52,930 nt of DNA from Deltaproteobacteria bacterium (GTDB lineage: Bacteria; Desulfobacterota; Deferrimicrobia; Deferrimicrobiales; Deferrimicrobiaceae). Below are positions 29,638-39,653 of this stretch, piece after piece. The stretch lies in the NCBI GenBank assembly GCA_025356865.1, contig JANXQJ010000123.1, positions 1 through 52,930 of the forward strand. Direction: 5' to 3'. The notes below the pieces were generated by a model that ran no database searches, was not told where the DNA came from, and saw only the letters and a list, made by a program, of their open reading frames with translations. A program made the position numbers and the translations under genes. The stretch's first letter is position 1. Each line of letters starts with the position of its first letter.

Positions 29638-30651
29638 ATGCAACCATTCTGGGGGCGGATCGAACAGGCGGCGATGGCGGAAGGGGGGATCGGCGCCGAG
29701 GATGCGCTCGTGGTGCTGGCGTTGCCGCGGGAGGCGCTGTGGCGACTGCTCGACGTGACCGAGCGGGTACGCAACCGGTTCATGGGCGACGCGGTCCGTC
29801 TCTGCTCGATCGTCAACGCGAAGTCGGGCCACTGTTCCGAGGACTGCTCCTTCTGCTCGCAGTCCAGCCGGTCCGAGGCCGAGATCCCGAGGTTTCCGCT
29901 GATCGACGCGGATTCGATGGTCGAGGCGGCGCGAAGCGCGAAGGCGCGCGGTGCGCGCGAGTTCTCGATCGTGGCGTCCGGGCTCTCGATGCGCAACCGG
30001 GAGGAACTGGAGAAGGTCGGGGACGCGGTCGAGAAGATATCCGGCGAACTGGGGCTCGAGACGTGCGTCAGCCTCGGCACGCTGCCGGCCGACAAGGTCG
30101 AATACCTGATCTCGCGGGGGTTGCGGTCGGTCCACCACAACCTCGAGACGTCGCGTTCATTTTTCCCGAATGTCTGCACGACCCACGAATACGACCAGGA
30201 CGTCGAGGCGGTGCGGACGGCGAAAATGGCGGGCGCGTGGGTCTGCTGCGGCGGGATTTTCGGGTTGGGCGAGAGCGACGCGGATCGCGTCGAACTGGCG
30301 ATGACGCTGCGCGAACTGGACGTCGACTCGATCCCGGTCAACTTCCTGAACCCGGTCGAGGGGACGCCGGCGGCGGGGAAGCGGGTACTGACCCCCTTCG
30401 CGTGCATCAAGATCATCGCGATGCTGCGGCTGGTGCACCCGGGTCGCGAGATCATCATCTGCGGCGGCCGCGAGGTCAACCTGCGCGACCTGCAGTGCCT
30501 GATGTTCCCCGCGGGGGCGACCGGCACGATGGTCGGGAACTACCTCACGACGTCGGGTCGTCCGGGGGAGGAGGACCAGCGGATGATCGCGGACCTGGGG
30601 CTGTCGGTGCGCGCTCTTTGCGGGACGCCAGCAGCACCACCCCGAAACTGA
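29638..30651 (+). CDS. bioB: Biotin synthase
   Basis: CSIVNAKSGHCSEDCSFCSQS, CVSLG, HHNLETS, CCGGIFGLGE, SIPVNFLNP, GGRE, GNYLTT. Confidence 0.96.
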   Translation: MQPFWGRIEQAAMAEGGIGAEDALVVLALPREALWRLLDVTERVRNRFMGDAVRLCSIVNAKSGHCSEDCSFCSQSSRSEAEIPRFPLIDADSMVEAARSAKARGAREFSIVASGLSMRNREELEKVGDAVEKISGELGLETCVSLGTLPADKVEYLISRGLRSVHHNLETSRSFFPNVCTTHEYDQDVEAVRTAKMAGAWVCCGGIFGLGESDADRVELAMTLRELDVDSIPVNFLNPVEGTPAAGKRVLTPFACIKIIAMLRLVHPGREIIICGGREVNLRDLQCLMFPAGATGTMVGNYLTTSGRPGEEDQRMIADLGLSVRALCGTPAAPPRN

Positions 30652-31318
30652 CGAAATAGAGCCCCAGCAGCGGAAGCGCCATGAGCCCCATGTTGTAGAT
30701 GTCGGGGGTGGGGGTGATGACCGCAGCCAGGACGGTGCAGACGAGGACCGCGTGGCGCCACCGCTTCCTGAAAAAGGCCGGGGTGAGCCACCCCGCCCGT
30801 GCCAGGAAGAAGGCGACGAGCGGCATCTCGAACGCTAGTCCCAAAGCGAGCAGCATCGTGCCGACGAACGAGACGAACGTCCGGGCCGAGATGAACGCCC
30901 GCGTGCCGTCCGCCTCGAAACTCACCAGGAAACCGATCCCCGCCGGCAGCAGCACCCGCCAGCACAACGTCGCGCCGGAGGCGAAGAGCGCGGTCGCGAC
31001 CAGCACGACCGGGCCGCCCATCCGGCGCACCCCGGAGAAATAACGCATCGAAACGCCCCGCCACACGAGCCAGACGGCGGCCGGGATCGACAGGAAAACG
31101 GCGAGATAGAAGGAGATCGAGAGGAGCGTCAGGAACGGTTCGGACGGGTCGTAGGCGACCAGCTTCTTTCCCAAAAGCGGGATCAGGAGCGCCAGAAGCC
31201 GTTCGGAGACAAGGAAGCACCCGCCCGTCAGCAGCAGGATCAGGACCAGGAGGATCGCCAACCCCCTGCGGGCGCGGTCGAGCTCGCCGAGGACGGCCTG
31301 GATCCGGTCGGCCTTCAT
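30545..31318 (-). CDS. tatC: TatC-family protein (divergent)
   Basis: Six hydrophobic segments; PSEPF, VLLPAG, LGLAFEMPLV, AAVITPTPD, LALPLLGLY-type motifs. Confidence 0.85.
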   Translation of the reverse strand: MKADRIQAVLGELDRARRGLAILLVLILLLTGGCFLVSERLLALLIPLLGKKLVAYDPSEPFLTLLSISFYLAVFLSIPAAVWLVWRGVSMRYFSGVRRMGGPVVLVATALFASGATLCWRVLLPAGIGFLVSFEADGTRAFISARTFVSFVGTMLLALGLAFEMPLVAFFLARAGWLTPAFFRKRWRHAVLVCTVLAAVITPTPDIYNMGLMALPLLGLYFVSFGVVLLASRKERAPTAPGPRSSAGPPPPDDPTS

Positions 31319-31355
31319 GACAGCCGGTGGCTCGGGACTCGTCCGGGACAGGTCT

Positions 31356-32735
31356 TCAACCGACCGTGATCCAGGGGGGGCCGAACCGGAGCGTCGGCTG
31401 TGCGTCGCCCACCGGCACGCCTTGCCCGTCCTTGCCGCAGGTGCCCAGTCCGAAGCCCAGGTCGTTTCCCACGGCGTCGATCATCCCGAGCGCCTCGGGC
31501 CCGTTGCCCGTGATCGTGGCGCCGCGCACCTGTTCGCCCCGCTTCCCGTTTTCGATCCGGTACCCTTCGGCCACCTCGAACATGAAGTCGCCGTTCACGG
31601 TGTTGACCTGCCCGCCCCCCATCTTGACGACGAACAGCCCCCGGTCGACGGGCGCCAGCACCGATGCCGGCGTCGCCCCCCCCGGCAGGATGATCGTGTT
31701 GGTCATCCGCGGGATCGGCTTGTGCCGGTACGATTCGCGCCGGCCGTTTCCGGTGGGAACGGCACCGGCCTTCATCGCGGAGAGGCGGTCGTGCAGGAAG
31801 CCCTTGAGCACGCCGCGCTCGACCAGCACCGTCCGCTGTCCGGGCGTTCCCTCGTCGTCGATGCCGAAGGAACCGCGCTTGCCGGGGACGGTCGAATCGT
31901 CGACGATCGAGATGAGCGGGCTGCCGACCGGCTTGCCCATCGAATCCTTGTAGACCGACATCCCCTGCCGGGCGAGGTCGGCCTCGAGTCCGTGCCCGAT
32001 CGCCTCGTGAACCATCGTCCCGCCCGCCTCGGCCGAGAGCACGACCGGCATCCGGCCACCCGGCAGCCTTGCCGCCGTCAGGTTTCGCAACGCGCGTCCC
32101 GCGGCCTGCCGGGCCATCGTCTCGGGGACGAACTCATCAAGGAACTCGAACCCGGATGTCCCGCCTCCCGTTTCATATCCCATCGTCAGGCCGCTTTCGT
32201 TTCCCGCGATGCATTGGACCGTGAGCAGCGAGTGCGTCTGCGTGTCGGATGCGAACACCCCGGGGTGCGCGGCCACCTCGATCTTCCGCCCGATTTCGCC
32301 ATAGGTGGCCCGGACCTGACGCACCAGCGGGGATTCGTCGCGGGCGACCCGGTCCATCAGCGCCGCGAGCGCCACCTTCTCGGCGATCCCGCGGGTTTGC
32401 GGAGAGACCCGGACGGGCGACGGGTTGCGGGCCGCAACCACTGATGCGGGGAGGGAAACGGCCGCGCCGCCGCCTTCCGCATGGCGGGAGAGGTCGTATG
32501 CCAGCGCCTTCAGCGTGCCGGCGGAGCAGTCGTTCGTGTACGCGTAGAACGTCCGCCCGCCGCAGATCAGGCGGAGGCCGATCCCCGAATCGGTTCCGGC
32601 GACGACCCGCTCGGCCTTCCCGTCCTCGAACAGGACGTTGAGCGCCCGGATTTCCTCGAAAAACAGTTCGCCGTATTCGCCGCCTCTCGAGAGCAGCGCC
32701 TGCAGAACGGGGGCGACGTCGATTCGGGAGAGCAT
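31356..32735 (-). CDS. tldD: TldD/PmbA-family metalloprotease (TldD)
   Basis: GIGLRL, HEAIGHGLEAD, DDEGTPG, TGNGRRESY, PRMTNT, CGKDGQGVPVGDAQPTL. Confidence 0.93.
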   Translation of the reverse strand: MLSRIDVAPVLQALLSRGGEYGELFFEEIRALNVLFEDGKAERVVAGTDSGIGLRLICGGRTFYAYTNDCSAGTLKALAYDLSRHAEGGGAAVSLPASVVAARNPSPVRVSPQTRGIAEKVALAALMDRVARDESPLVRQVRATYGEIGRKIEVAAHPGVFASDTQTHSLLTVQCIAGNESGLTMGYETGGGTSGFEFLDEFVPETMARQAAGRALRNLTAARLPGGRMPVVLSAEAGGTMVHEAIGHGLEADLARQGMSVYKDSMGKPVGSPLISIVDDSTVPGKRGSFGIDDEGTPGQRTVLVERGVLKGFLHDRLSAMKAGAVPTGNGRRESYRHKPIPRMTNTIILPGGATPASVLAPVDRGLFVVKMGGGQVNTVNGDFMFEVAEGYRIENGKRGEQVRGATITGNGPEALGMIDAVGNDLGFGLGTCGKDGQGVPVGDAQPTLRFGPPWITVG

Positions 32736-32803
32736 CGGGCATCCTTTCGGGAGGAGGGTCGTTGTATAATCAGCAATAGAGTTGCATATCACTTCCGGGG
32801 ATC

Positions 32804-34510
32804 ATGATGAAAGCCAAAGTTCCGGGCGTTGTCCTAGCCCTCCTTTTCGTTGCGGGAAACGCATCTGCCTTCCCGATGGGTTACAGCGGGCGTGACACGC
32901 ATTCCCGCGGTCGCGCCTATGCCTCGTTCCTCTCCGGCCACCTCGCCTATCGCGAAGGTCGGCTCGACGATGCGCTTGCCGATTACCGAAAGGCGCAGGA
33001 ATACGCGGGCGAGGACGAACCCGATATCCTGTTCGAGACGGCCAACATCCTGGTCAAGAAGGGGCAGCTCGTCGACGCGGGCAAGGCGCTCGCCAAGGTC
33101 CTGGCCGCCGACGACAACAACGTTCGCGCCCGCTACCTGCTCTCGGGCGTCCAGGCCGCGACCGGACAGAAAGAGAAAGCGTTGGCGGGCTACCAGCGAA
33201 TCCTGGCCGACGATCCCGACAACGAGGAGGCCTACGTCCACGTCTCCACGCTCTTCGCCGACATGGGCGACTTCGACCAGGCCGAGAAGCAGCTCTCCGC
33301 CCTGGTCGAGAAGTCCCCGGCTTCGTTCCTGGCCCGCTATTACCGCGGCCGCCTTCGCGCCTCCCGCAAGATGTTCCAGCCTGCCCTCGAGGATTTCGAC
33401 AAGGCGGCCGAACTGCAGCCCGACTTCGACAGCGCGCTCATCGAAGGGGCCGGCGTCCTCGAGGCGATGGGGAAGAACGACGAAGCCGAGGCCCGCTACC
33501 GGAAGGTCCTCGAAGCCAGCCCGAACAACCCGTTCGTTCGCGAGCGTCTCGGCCGGATCCTCATCCTCGAAAACAAGATCGACGCGGCGCTGGGCCAGTA
33601 CGAGGCGCTCAAGACCCAGTCCGGCAACAACACCGATTTCCGCGAGAAGCTGGGACTCCTCTATCTCGACCGGGGGCGATTCGACGACGCCATCGTCGAG
33701 TTTCGCTTCGTCCTTTCGGCCAAGCCGGACGCGCAGCAGATCCACTTCTTCCTCGCGAGCGCCTACGAGGGGAAAGGGGTTGCCGCCGAGGCCGAGTCGC
33801 AATACCGCGCCGTCCCGCCGGAATCGGGCTATTACCGGGACGCCATGCTCCACCTGGCGCTGATGTTGCGGCAGGGAAAAAAGTTCGAAGAGGCGTCGAA
33901 GGTCACGGCCCGGTTGCGCGAGAAAAATCCCGAAGACCAGGACCTGCTGGTTTTCCAGGCGGGCATCTTCGAGGAGATGAAGCGGTACGACGAGGCGCTG
34001 GGTCTCCTGAAACAGGCGGCGGCCAAGAACCCGAACAGCGCGAGCGTCCTCTTCGCGATGGGCGTGGTCCAGGACAAGATGGGCCGTTTCGACGACCTCG
34101 TCGCCTCGATGGAAGGCGCGATCGCCCTCGAGCCGGGCAACGCCACGGCGCTCAACTACCTGGGGTTCACCTACGCCGAGAAGAACATCAAGCTGCCCGA
34201 GGCCGAATCGCTGATCGAGCGCGCCCTCAAGGCGCGTCCCGGCGACGGCTACTTCCTCGACAGCCTCGCCTGGGTCTACTACCGCCAGGGTCGCTACGAG
34301 AAGGCCGACGAGGCGATGCGCCGGGCGCTCGGCGTCATTCCCGACGATCCGGTCGTGCTTGACCACATGGGCGACATCCAGGTCAGGCTGGGGAAAGAGG
34401 CCGAGGCGATTCCCTGGTTCGAAAAGGCGTTGGCCCACGGCTTCGAAAAACCCGAAGAAGTTCGAGAGAAGATCGGGAAAATCCGGAAGACGGACGCAGC
34501 CGGCAAGTGA
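32804..34510 (+). CDS. Exported tetratricopeptide-repeat protein
   Basis: Signal peptide (ASA-F); many TPRs; ALNYLGFTYA...LDSLAWVYY...DHMGD C-terminal pattern typical of the TPR gene found before lolB. Confidence 0.88.
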   Translation: MMKAKVPGVVLALLFVAGNASAFPMGYSGRDTHSRGRAYASFLSGHLAYREGRLDDALADYRKAQEYAGEDEPDILFETANILVKKGQLVDAGKALAKVLAADDNNVRARYLLSGVQAATGQKEKALAGYQRILADDPDNEEAYVHVSTLFADMGDFDQAEKQLSALVEKSPASFLARYYRGRLRASRKMFQPALEDFDKAAELQPDFDSALIEGAGVLEAMGKNDEAEARYRKVLEASPNNPFVRERLGRILILENKIDAALGQYEALKTQSGNNTDFREKLGLLYLDRGRFDDAIVEFRFVLSAKPDAQQIHFFLASAYEGKGVAAEAESQYRAVPPESGYYRDAMLHLALMLRQGKKFEEASKVTARLREKNPEDQDLLVFQAGIFEEMKRYDEALGLLKQAAAKNPNSASVLFAMGVVQDKMGRFDDLVASMEGAIALEPGNATALNYLGFTYAEKNIKLPEAESLIERALKARPGDGYFLDSLAWVYYRQGRYEKADEAMRRALGVIPDDPVVLDHMGDIQVRLGKEAEAIPWFEKALAHGFEKPEEVREKIGKIRKTDAAGK

Positions 34511-35142
34511 GGGCATCCATCGCCGTCCTGGTCATCGCGCTGCTCTGTTGTGGTTGCGCCGGGCGCGGGTTGCTGCCCGAGGCCGAATCGCGCGAGGCGG
34601 CCGCCTTCTTCGCCGGGGCCGCTTCCCGCTTCCCGCTTCCCGCATCGTCGTCGTTCTCGGGCGTGGTCGAGAAAGGCGGCGACGCTTTCCCGTTCATCGC
34701 GGGCGTCAATGCCCGGGGCGGTGGCGACGAATCCATCGGGTTGTTCGACCCCATGGGGCGCGTCGTCATGCTGGTGTCCGGCAACGGCACCGTCCTGGCG
34801 CTCGAAGCCGGCCCGGTCGCGGGTCCTCTCGCCCCGCTGGGCGGAAAGAAGATGCCGGCAAAAGACCTTTCGCTCGGCCGCATCCTGTGGGGCGCGCCGG
34901 GATACCCGGTCGGCGGGGGCGAATGCCGGCTGAGCGGCGACGGCGGATGGCAATTCTCCGACGGCCGCCAGACGCTCCGTACCGATCCGGACCGCCGTTT
35001 CATTGCCGTCGCCGAATATACGATCGCCGATCGATCCGTCTCGGTTTCCTATCCGGGGCGCGAAATGGCGACGTTGCCGCCGCTCGTCAGGTTCGAGGTT
35101 CTCGGGGCGTCGATCGAACTCCGGAGGGATACGGAAGAATGA
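34507..35142 (+). CDS. Putative lipoprotein (possibly LolB/DUF4292-like)
   Basis: Lipobox-like LLCCGC-A; GTGA/ATGA overlaps with both neighbours; beta-rich; IGLFDPMGR resembles LolB-like motifs. Confidence 0.65.
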   Translation: MRASIAVLVIALLCCGCAGRGLLPEAESREAAAFFAGAASRFPLPASSSFSGVVEKGGDAFPFIAGVNARGGGDESIGLFDPMGRVVMLVSGNGTVLALEAGPVAGPLAPLGGKKMPAKDLSLGRILWGAPGYPVGGGECRLSGDGGWQFSDGRQTLRTDPDRRFIAVAEYTIADRSVSVSYPGREMATLPPLVRFEVLGASIELRRDTEE

Positions 35143-36737
35143 ACCGTCCAGTGCTGGTCCTCGCCTTCGTCGCGGGATTCCTGATTGCTTCGTGCGGGAG
35201 CAAGCCCGATCCGAATACCTACCGGGAAGGGAGCATCGCCGACGTCAGCGGCTTCCTCTCCGCGGTGACGTCCGATTCGGCTTCGCACGAGGCGGCGGGC
35301 TACGTGTTCAACGGGCTGGTGCGCTACGACCGGAATCTCAAGCTCGAAGGCGACCTGGCCCGATCGTGGGACGTCTCGCCCGACGGGCTCAGGATCACCT
35401 TCCACCTCCGGGAAGGCGTGAAGTGGCACGACGGCGCCCCCTTCACGGCCGACGACGTGCTGTTCACCTACAAGAAGATGATCGACCCGAAGACGCCCAC
35501 GCCCTACGGCGAGGACTTCAAGCAGGTCAAGTCGGTCGAGTCGCCCGATCCCCGGACGGTGGTCGTGACCTACGAGAAGACGTTCGCCCCCGCGCTCGCC
35601 TCGTGGGGGATGCACATCCTGCCGAAGCACCTGCTCGAAAAATACGACGACATCGCCAAGAGCCCGCTCAACCGCGAGCACCCGGTCGGCACCGGCCCCT
35701 ACCGCTTCGTCGAGTGGAAGAGCGGTTCCAAGGTCGTATTCGAGGCCAACCCCGATTATTACGAAGGGAAGCCGGGCATCCCGCGGGTGATCGTCCGGGT
35801 GATTCCCGACCAGGCCACGCAGTTCCTCGAGCTGAAGTCCGGCGGCCTCGACTTCATGACCCTCACGCCGCTCCAGTACGCGCGTCAGACCGATACGGTC
35901 GACTTCCGGAAGAAGTTCAACCGCTACCGCTATCCGTCGATGGGTTACACCTATCTCGGGCTCAACCTCTCCAACCCGATCTTTTCCGACCGGCGCATCC
36001 GGCAGGCGATCGCCACGGCGATCGACCGGAAGCAGATCATCCAGGGCGTCCTCTTCGGCCTGGGCCAGGAAGCCACGGGGCCCTACCTCCCGGGCACCTG
36101 GGTCTACAATCCCGACGTGAAACGGTTCCCTTACGACCCGGCGAAGTCGAAGGCGATGCTGGCCGAGGCGGGATGGAAGGACGCCGACGGCGACGGGGTC
36201 CTCGAGAAGGACGGAAAGAAGTTCGCCTTCACCGTCCTGACCAACGCGGGCAACGAGAGCCGCGCCAAGGTCGCGGCGATCATCCAGCAGAACCTCGCCG
36301 CCGTGGGCGTCAAGATGGAGATCCGGACGCTCGAGTGGGCCGCCTTCATCAACGATTTCGTCGACAAGAAGAAGTTCGACGCGCTGATCCTGGGCTGGAG
36401 CATCACGCCCGACCCCGACCAGTTCGACATCTGGAGTTCCACCAAGACCGGTCCCAAGGAGCTGAACCACGTCGGGTTCAAGAACGCCGAGGTCGACCGG
36501 CTGCTAGAGGCGGGTCGCCGCACCTTCGACCAGGCAGCCCGCAAGAAGGCCTACGACCGGATCCAGGAAATCCTGGCCGAGGAGCAGCCGCTCGTGTTCC
36601 TCTACGTCCCCGAGGCGCTGCCAGCGGTACAGGTCCGCTTCAAGGGGATCGAGCCGGCCCCCGCCGGCATATCATGGAATTTCATCAAGTGGCGGATCAA
36701 AGAAGGTGCGGAAGGCAAGTCCGCGCTGACGCACTAG
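35139..36737 (+). CDS. Peptide/nickel ABC transporter substrate-binding lipoprotein (family 5)
   Basis: Lipobox IASC; LARSWDVS, FHLREGVKWHDGAPFTADDVLFT, PVGTGPYRF, RIRQAIA. Confidence 0.93.
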   Translation: MNRPVLVLAFVAGFLIASCGSKPDPNTYREGSIADVSGFLSAVTSDSASHEAAGYVFNGLVRYDRNLKLEGDLARSWDVSPDGLRITFHLREGVKWHDGAPFTADDVLFTYKKMIDPKTPTPYGEDFKQVKSVESPDPRTVVVTYEKTFAPALASWGMHILPKHLLEKYDDIAKSPLNREHPVGTGPYRFVEWKSGSKVVFEANPDYYEGKPGIPRVIVRVIPDQATQFLELKSGGLDFMTLTPLQYARQTDTVDFRKKFNRYRYPSMGYTYLGLNLSNPIFSDRRIRQAIATAIDRKQIIQGVLFGLGQEATGPYLPGTWVYNPDVKRFPYDPAKSKAMLAEAGWKDADGDGVLEKDGKKFAFTVLTNAGNESRAKVAAIIQQNLAAVGVKMEIRTLEWAAFINDFVDKKKFDALILGWSITPDPDQFDIWSSTKTGPKELNHVGFKNAEVDRLLEAGRRTFDQAARKKAYDRIQEILAEEQPLVFLYVPEALPAVQVRFKGIEPAPAGISWNFIKWRIKEGAEGKSALTH

Positions 36738-36750
36738 GGGCGGCTGCCGT

Positions 36751-37728
36751 TTGCTCCGGTACATTCTTCGGCGGGTCCTGCTGATGCCCGTGATGCTCCT
36801 GGGGATCAGCGTCATCTCGTTCGGCGTCATGCACCTGGCGCCGGGCGGCCCGGTCAGCCTCGCCTCCGACCTCAATCCCAAGGTGACGGCCGAGGCGCGC
36901 GCGCGCCTCAACGCCTACTACGGGCTCGACAAGCCGCTTCACGTCCAATACGTCAACTGGCTCTCCCGCGTCGGCCGCTTCGATTTCGGCGACAGCTTCG
37001 CCCCCGACGGCCGCAAGGTGTGGCACAAGATCCGCGAGCGGATTCCCGTGACGCTCTCGATCAACCTGCTCTCCGAGGCGATCATCTTTCTCGTCGCGGT
37101 GCCGCTCGGGCTCTACGCCGCGCTCCGGCGGGGCTCGTTCTTCGACAGGGCGTCCACGGTCGGGGTCTTCGTCGGATTCGCGATGCCGGGATTCTGGCTG
37201 GCGCTCCTGCTGATGATCCTGTTCGGCGTCAAGCTCGGGTGGCTGCCGATCTCGGGGCTCGTCTCCCTCGAATACGATTCCCTGTCGTTCGCGGGAAAGA
37301 TGGGCGACCGGGCGCGCCACCTCGTCCTCCCCGTCTTCGTCGGGGCCTTCAGCGGCCTTGCCGGCCTTTCCCGCTTCATGCGCTCCAACATGCTCGAGAC
37401 GATCCGACAGGACTACATCGCCACGGCGCGCGCCAAGGGGCTCTCCGAGCGTGTCGTGCTCTGGCGGCACGCGATGCGGAACGCGCTCCTGCCGGTCATC
37501 ACCATTCTCGGCCTTTCCGTGCCGGGGCTCCTCGGCGGCTCGGTCATCATGGAGTCGATCTTCGCGATCCCCGGCCTCGGGCAGCTCTTCTTCCAGGGCG
37601 TCATGTCGCGCGACTATCCGCTGATCCTGGCCGAGCTGGTCCTCACTGCATTCCTCACGTTGCTCGGGAACCTGCTGGCCGACGTCGGCTACGCGGTGGC
37701 CGATCCACGCATCCGGACGGGCAACTAA
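36751..37728 (+). CDS. Peptide ABC permease (OppB/DppB-like)
   Basis: YILRR, APGGP, YGLDKPLHVQY, DYIATARAKGL, HAMRNALLPVIT, RDYP. Confidence 0.93.
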   Translation: MLRYILRRVLLMPVMLLGISVISFGVMHLAPGGPVSLASDLNPKVTAEARARLNAYYGLDKPLHVQYVNWLSRVGRFDFGDSFAPDGRKVWHKIRERIPVTLSINLLSEAIIFLVAVPLGLYAALRRGSFFDRASTVGVFVGFAMPGFWLALLLMILFGVKLGWLPISGLVSLEYDSLSFAGKMGDRARHLVLPVFVGAFSGLAGLSRFMRSNMLETIRQDYIATARAKGLSERVVLWRHAMRNALLPVITILGLSVPGLLGGSVIMESIFAIPGLGQLFFQGVMSRDYPLILAELVLTAFLTLLGNLLADVGYAVADPRIRTGN

Positions 37729-38592
37729 GTGGCCAACGTGACCGGTGCGAACTCCCTGTTTCTCGACACGGCGCGGCGCCTTTCCCGCAACCGGCTTGCG
37801 GTCGCCGGCGGCGCCGTGATCCTGGTCCTGGCGGTCGTCTCGGTGTTCCCGACATTCTTCTCGGGCGCCGATCCGTCGCGGATCGATACGGCCAACATGC
37901 TCGCCTCGCCGTCCTCCGTTCACCCGCTGGGCACCGACAAACTCGGCCGAGACGTCCTCTCGCGGATGATCCACGGGGCGCACATCTCGCTCCAGGTCGG
38001 GTTCATATCCATGGGCATCGCGACCGCGATCGGGCTGCTCATGGGGCTTTGCGCCGGATATTACGGGGGGTGGGCCGATGCGGTCATCAGCCGCTTCATC
38101 GACGTCATGCTCTGCTTCCCGTCGTTCTTCCTGATCCTCTCGGTCATCGCCTTCCTCGGCCCTTCGATCGTCAATATCATGGTGGTCATCGGGCTCACCG
38201 GCTGGATGGGCGTCGCACGCCTCGTGCGCGCCGAGACGCTCTCGCTCAAGGAACGCGACTTCGTCGCGGCGGCCCGGGCGCAGGGGGCGGGCGACGGCCG
38301 GATCATCTTCCGGCACATCCTGCCGAATGCGCTCGCACCGGTTCTCGTGTCGGCCACGCTCGGGGTGGCGGGCGCGATTCTCGTCGAATCCGGCCTGAGT
38401 TTCCTCGGCATCGGCGTCCAGCCGCCCACGCCGTCCTGGGGCAACATCCTGACGGCGGGCAAGGACAACATCGAGTCGGCCTGGTGGCTCTCCCTCTACC
38501 CCGGGCTCGCGATCCTCGTCACCGTGCTCGGGTATAACCTGCTCGGCGAGGGGATCCAGGAAGCGGTAGACCCCAGGTTGAAGGCGAGGTGA
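37729..38592 (+). CDS. Peptide ABC permease (OppC/DppC-like)
   Basis: HPLGTDKLGRDVLSR, ARLVRAE, RHILPN, ESGLSFLGIG, PSWG. Confidence 0.93.
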   Translation: MANVTGANSLFLDTARRLSRNRLAVAGGAVILVLAVVSVFPTFFSGADPSRIDTANMLASPSSVHPLGTDKLGRDVLSRMIHGAHISLQVGFISMGIATAIGLLMGLCAGYYGGWADAVISRFIDVMLCFPSFFLILSVIAFLGPSIVNIMVVIGLTGWMGVARLVRAETLSLKERDFVAAARAQGAGDGRIIFRHILPNALAPVLVSATLGVAGAILVESGLSFLGIGVQPPTPSWGNILTAGKDNIESAWWLSLYPGLAILVTVLGYNLLGEGIQEAVDPRLKAR

Positions 38593-39653
38593 CGGGCATG
38601 GAAAAGACGCCGTCCCCCGTGACGGAACCGCTCCTCGACGTCCGCGATTTCCGGCTCTCCTTCGGGACCGAAGGCGGGCGCGTCCAGGCGCTTTTCGGCG
38701 TCTCGTTCCGCCTCATGCCGGGGGAGACGCTCGGGCTTGTCGGGGAATCGGGTTGCGGCAAGTCGATCACCGCGATGTCCGTCCTGCGTTTGCTTCAGTC
38801 TCCGCCTTCGGCGGTCGAGGGGGGCGGAATCCGGTTTCGCGGCCGAAACCTGCTCGATCTTTCCGATCGCGAAATGTGCGACGTGCGGGGCCGCGAGATA
38901 TCGATGATCTTCCAGGAGCCGATGACCTCGCTCAACCCGGTGCTGACCGTGGGGGAGCAGGTTGCCGAGGTGTTTACGGCGCACGGCGCCTGCGGACGGA
39001 AAGAGGCCGCGGCCCGCGCGGTGACCTGGCTCGAGAAAGTCGGGATGCCCGATGCGGGGCGCCGCGCGAACGAGTATCCGCACCAGATGAGCGGCGGGAT
39101 GCGGCAGCGGGCGATGATCGCGATGGCGCTGGCGCTCGAACCGGCGCTATTGATCGCCGACGAGCCGACCACGGCGCTCGACGTGACGATCCAGGCGCAG
39201 ATCCTGGCCCTGCTCAAGGAGATGCGGCGCGCGCAGGGCATGGCGGTGCTGCTCATCACGCACGACCTGGGCGTGGTCGGCGAGTTCGCCGACCGCACCG
39301 CGATCATGTACCTGGGGCGGATCGTCGAGGCGGGGCCGACCCCCGGCCTCTTCGCCGACCCGATCCACCCCTACACGCAGGGCCTGATGGCGTCGATCCC
39401 CGGGCAATCGGAAGGGGAGAAACGGCTACCGTCGATTCCGGGGACCGTCCCCGACCTGCGCCACGTCCCGCCCGGCTGCCCCTTCGCCGACCGTTGCCCG
39501 TTCCGGCTGGCGGCCCGCGATGCGTTTCGCGACGGCGGCGCGCCCGTCGATTCGCTGACGACCTGCGATCGGGAGAATCCGCCACTGCTGGAATATGCGC
39601 CGGGGCACTCGGCCGCATGCCATTACCAGGCACGGGAACGGGGGATCGCATGA
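38589..39653 (+). CDS. Peptide ABC ATP-binding protein (OppD/DppD-like)
   Basis: VGESGCGKS, IFQEPMTSLNP, MSGGMRQR, LIADEPTTALD, HPYT, GCPFADRC. Confidence 0.93.
   Translation: MTGMEKTPSPVTEPLLDVRDFRLSFGTEGGRVQALFGVSFRLMPGETLGLVGESGCGKSITAMSVLRLLQSPPSAVEGGGIRFRGRNLLDLSDREMCDVRGREISMIFQEPMTSLNPVLTVGEQVAEVFTAHGACGRKEAAARAVTWLEKVGMPDAGRRANEYPHQMSGGMRQRAMIAMALALEPALLIADEPTTALDVTIQAQILALLKEMRRAQGMAVLLITHDLGVVGEFADRTAIMYLGRIVEAGPTPGLFADPIHPYTQGLMASIPGQSEGEKRLPSIPGTVPDLRHVPPGCPFADRCPFRLAARDAFRDGGAPVDSLTTCDRENPPLLEYAPGHSAACHYQARERGIA

Noticed and set aside
32737-32744. GGGCATCC matches near the tldD start (and at 34511)
   Set aside because: Only 8 bp, unpaired, and in RBS or coding context; consistent with chance.
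32765-32770. Perfect TATAAT upstream of the TPR operon
   Set aside because: No matching -35 or canonical extended -10; plausible but not enough to annotate.
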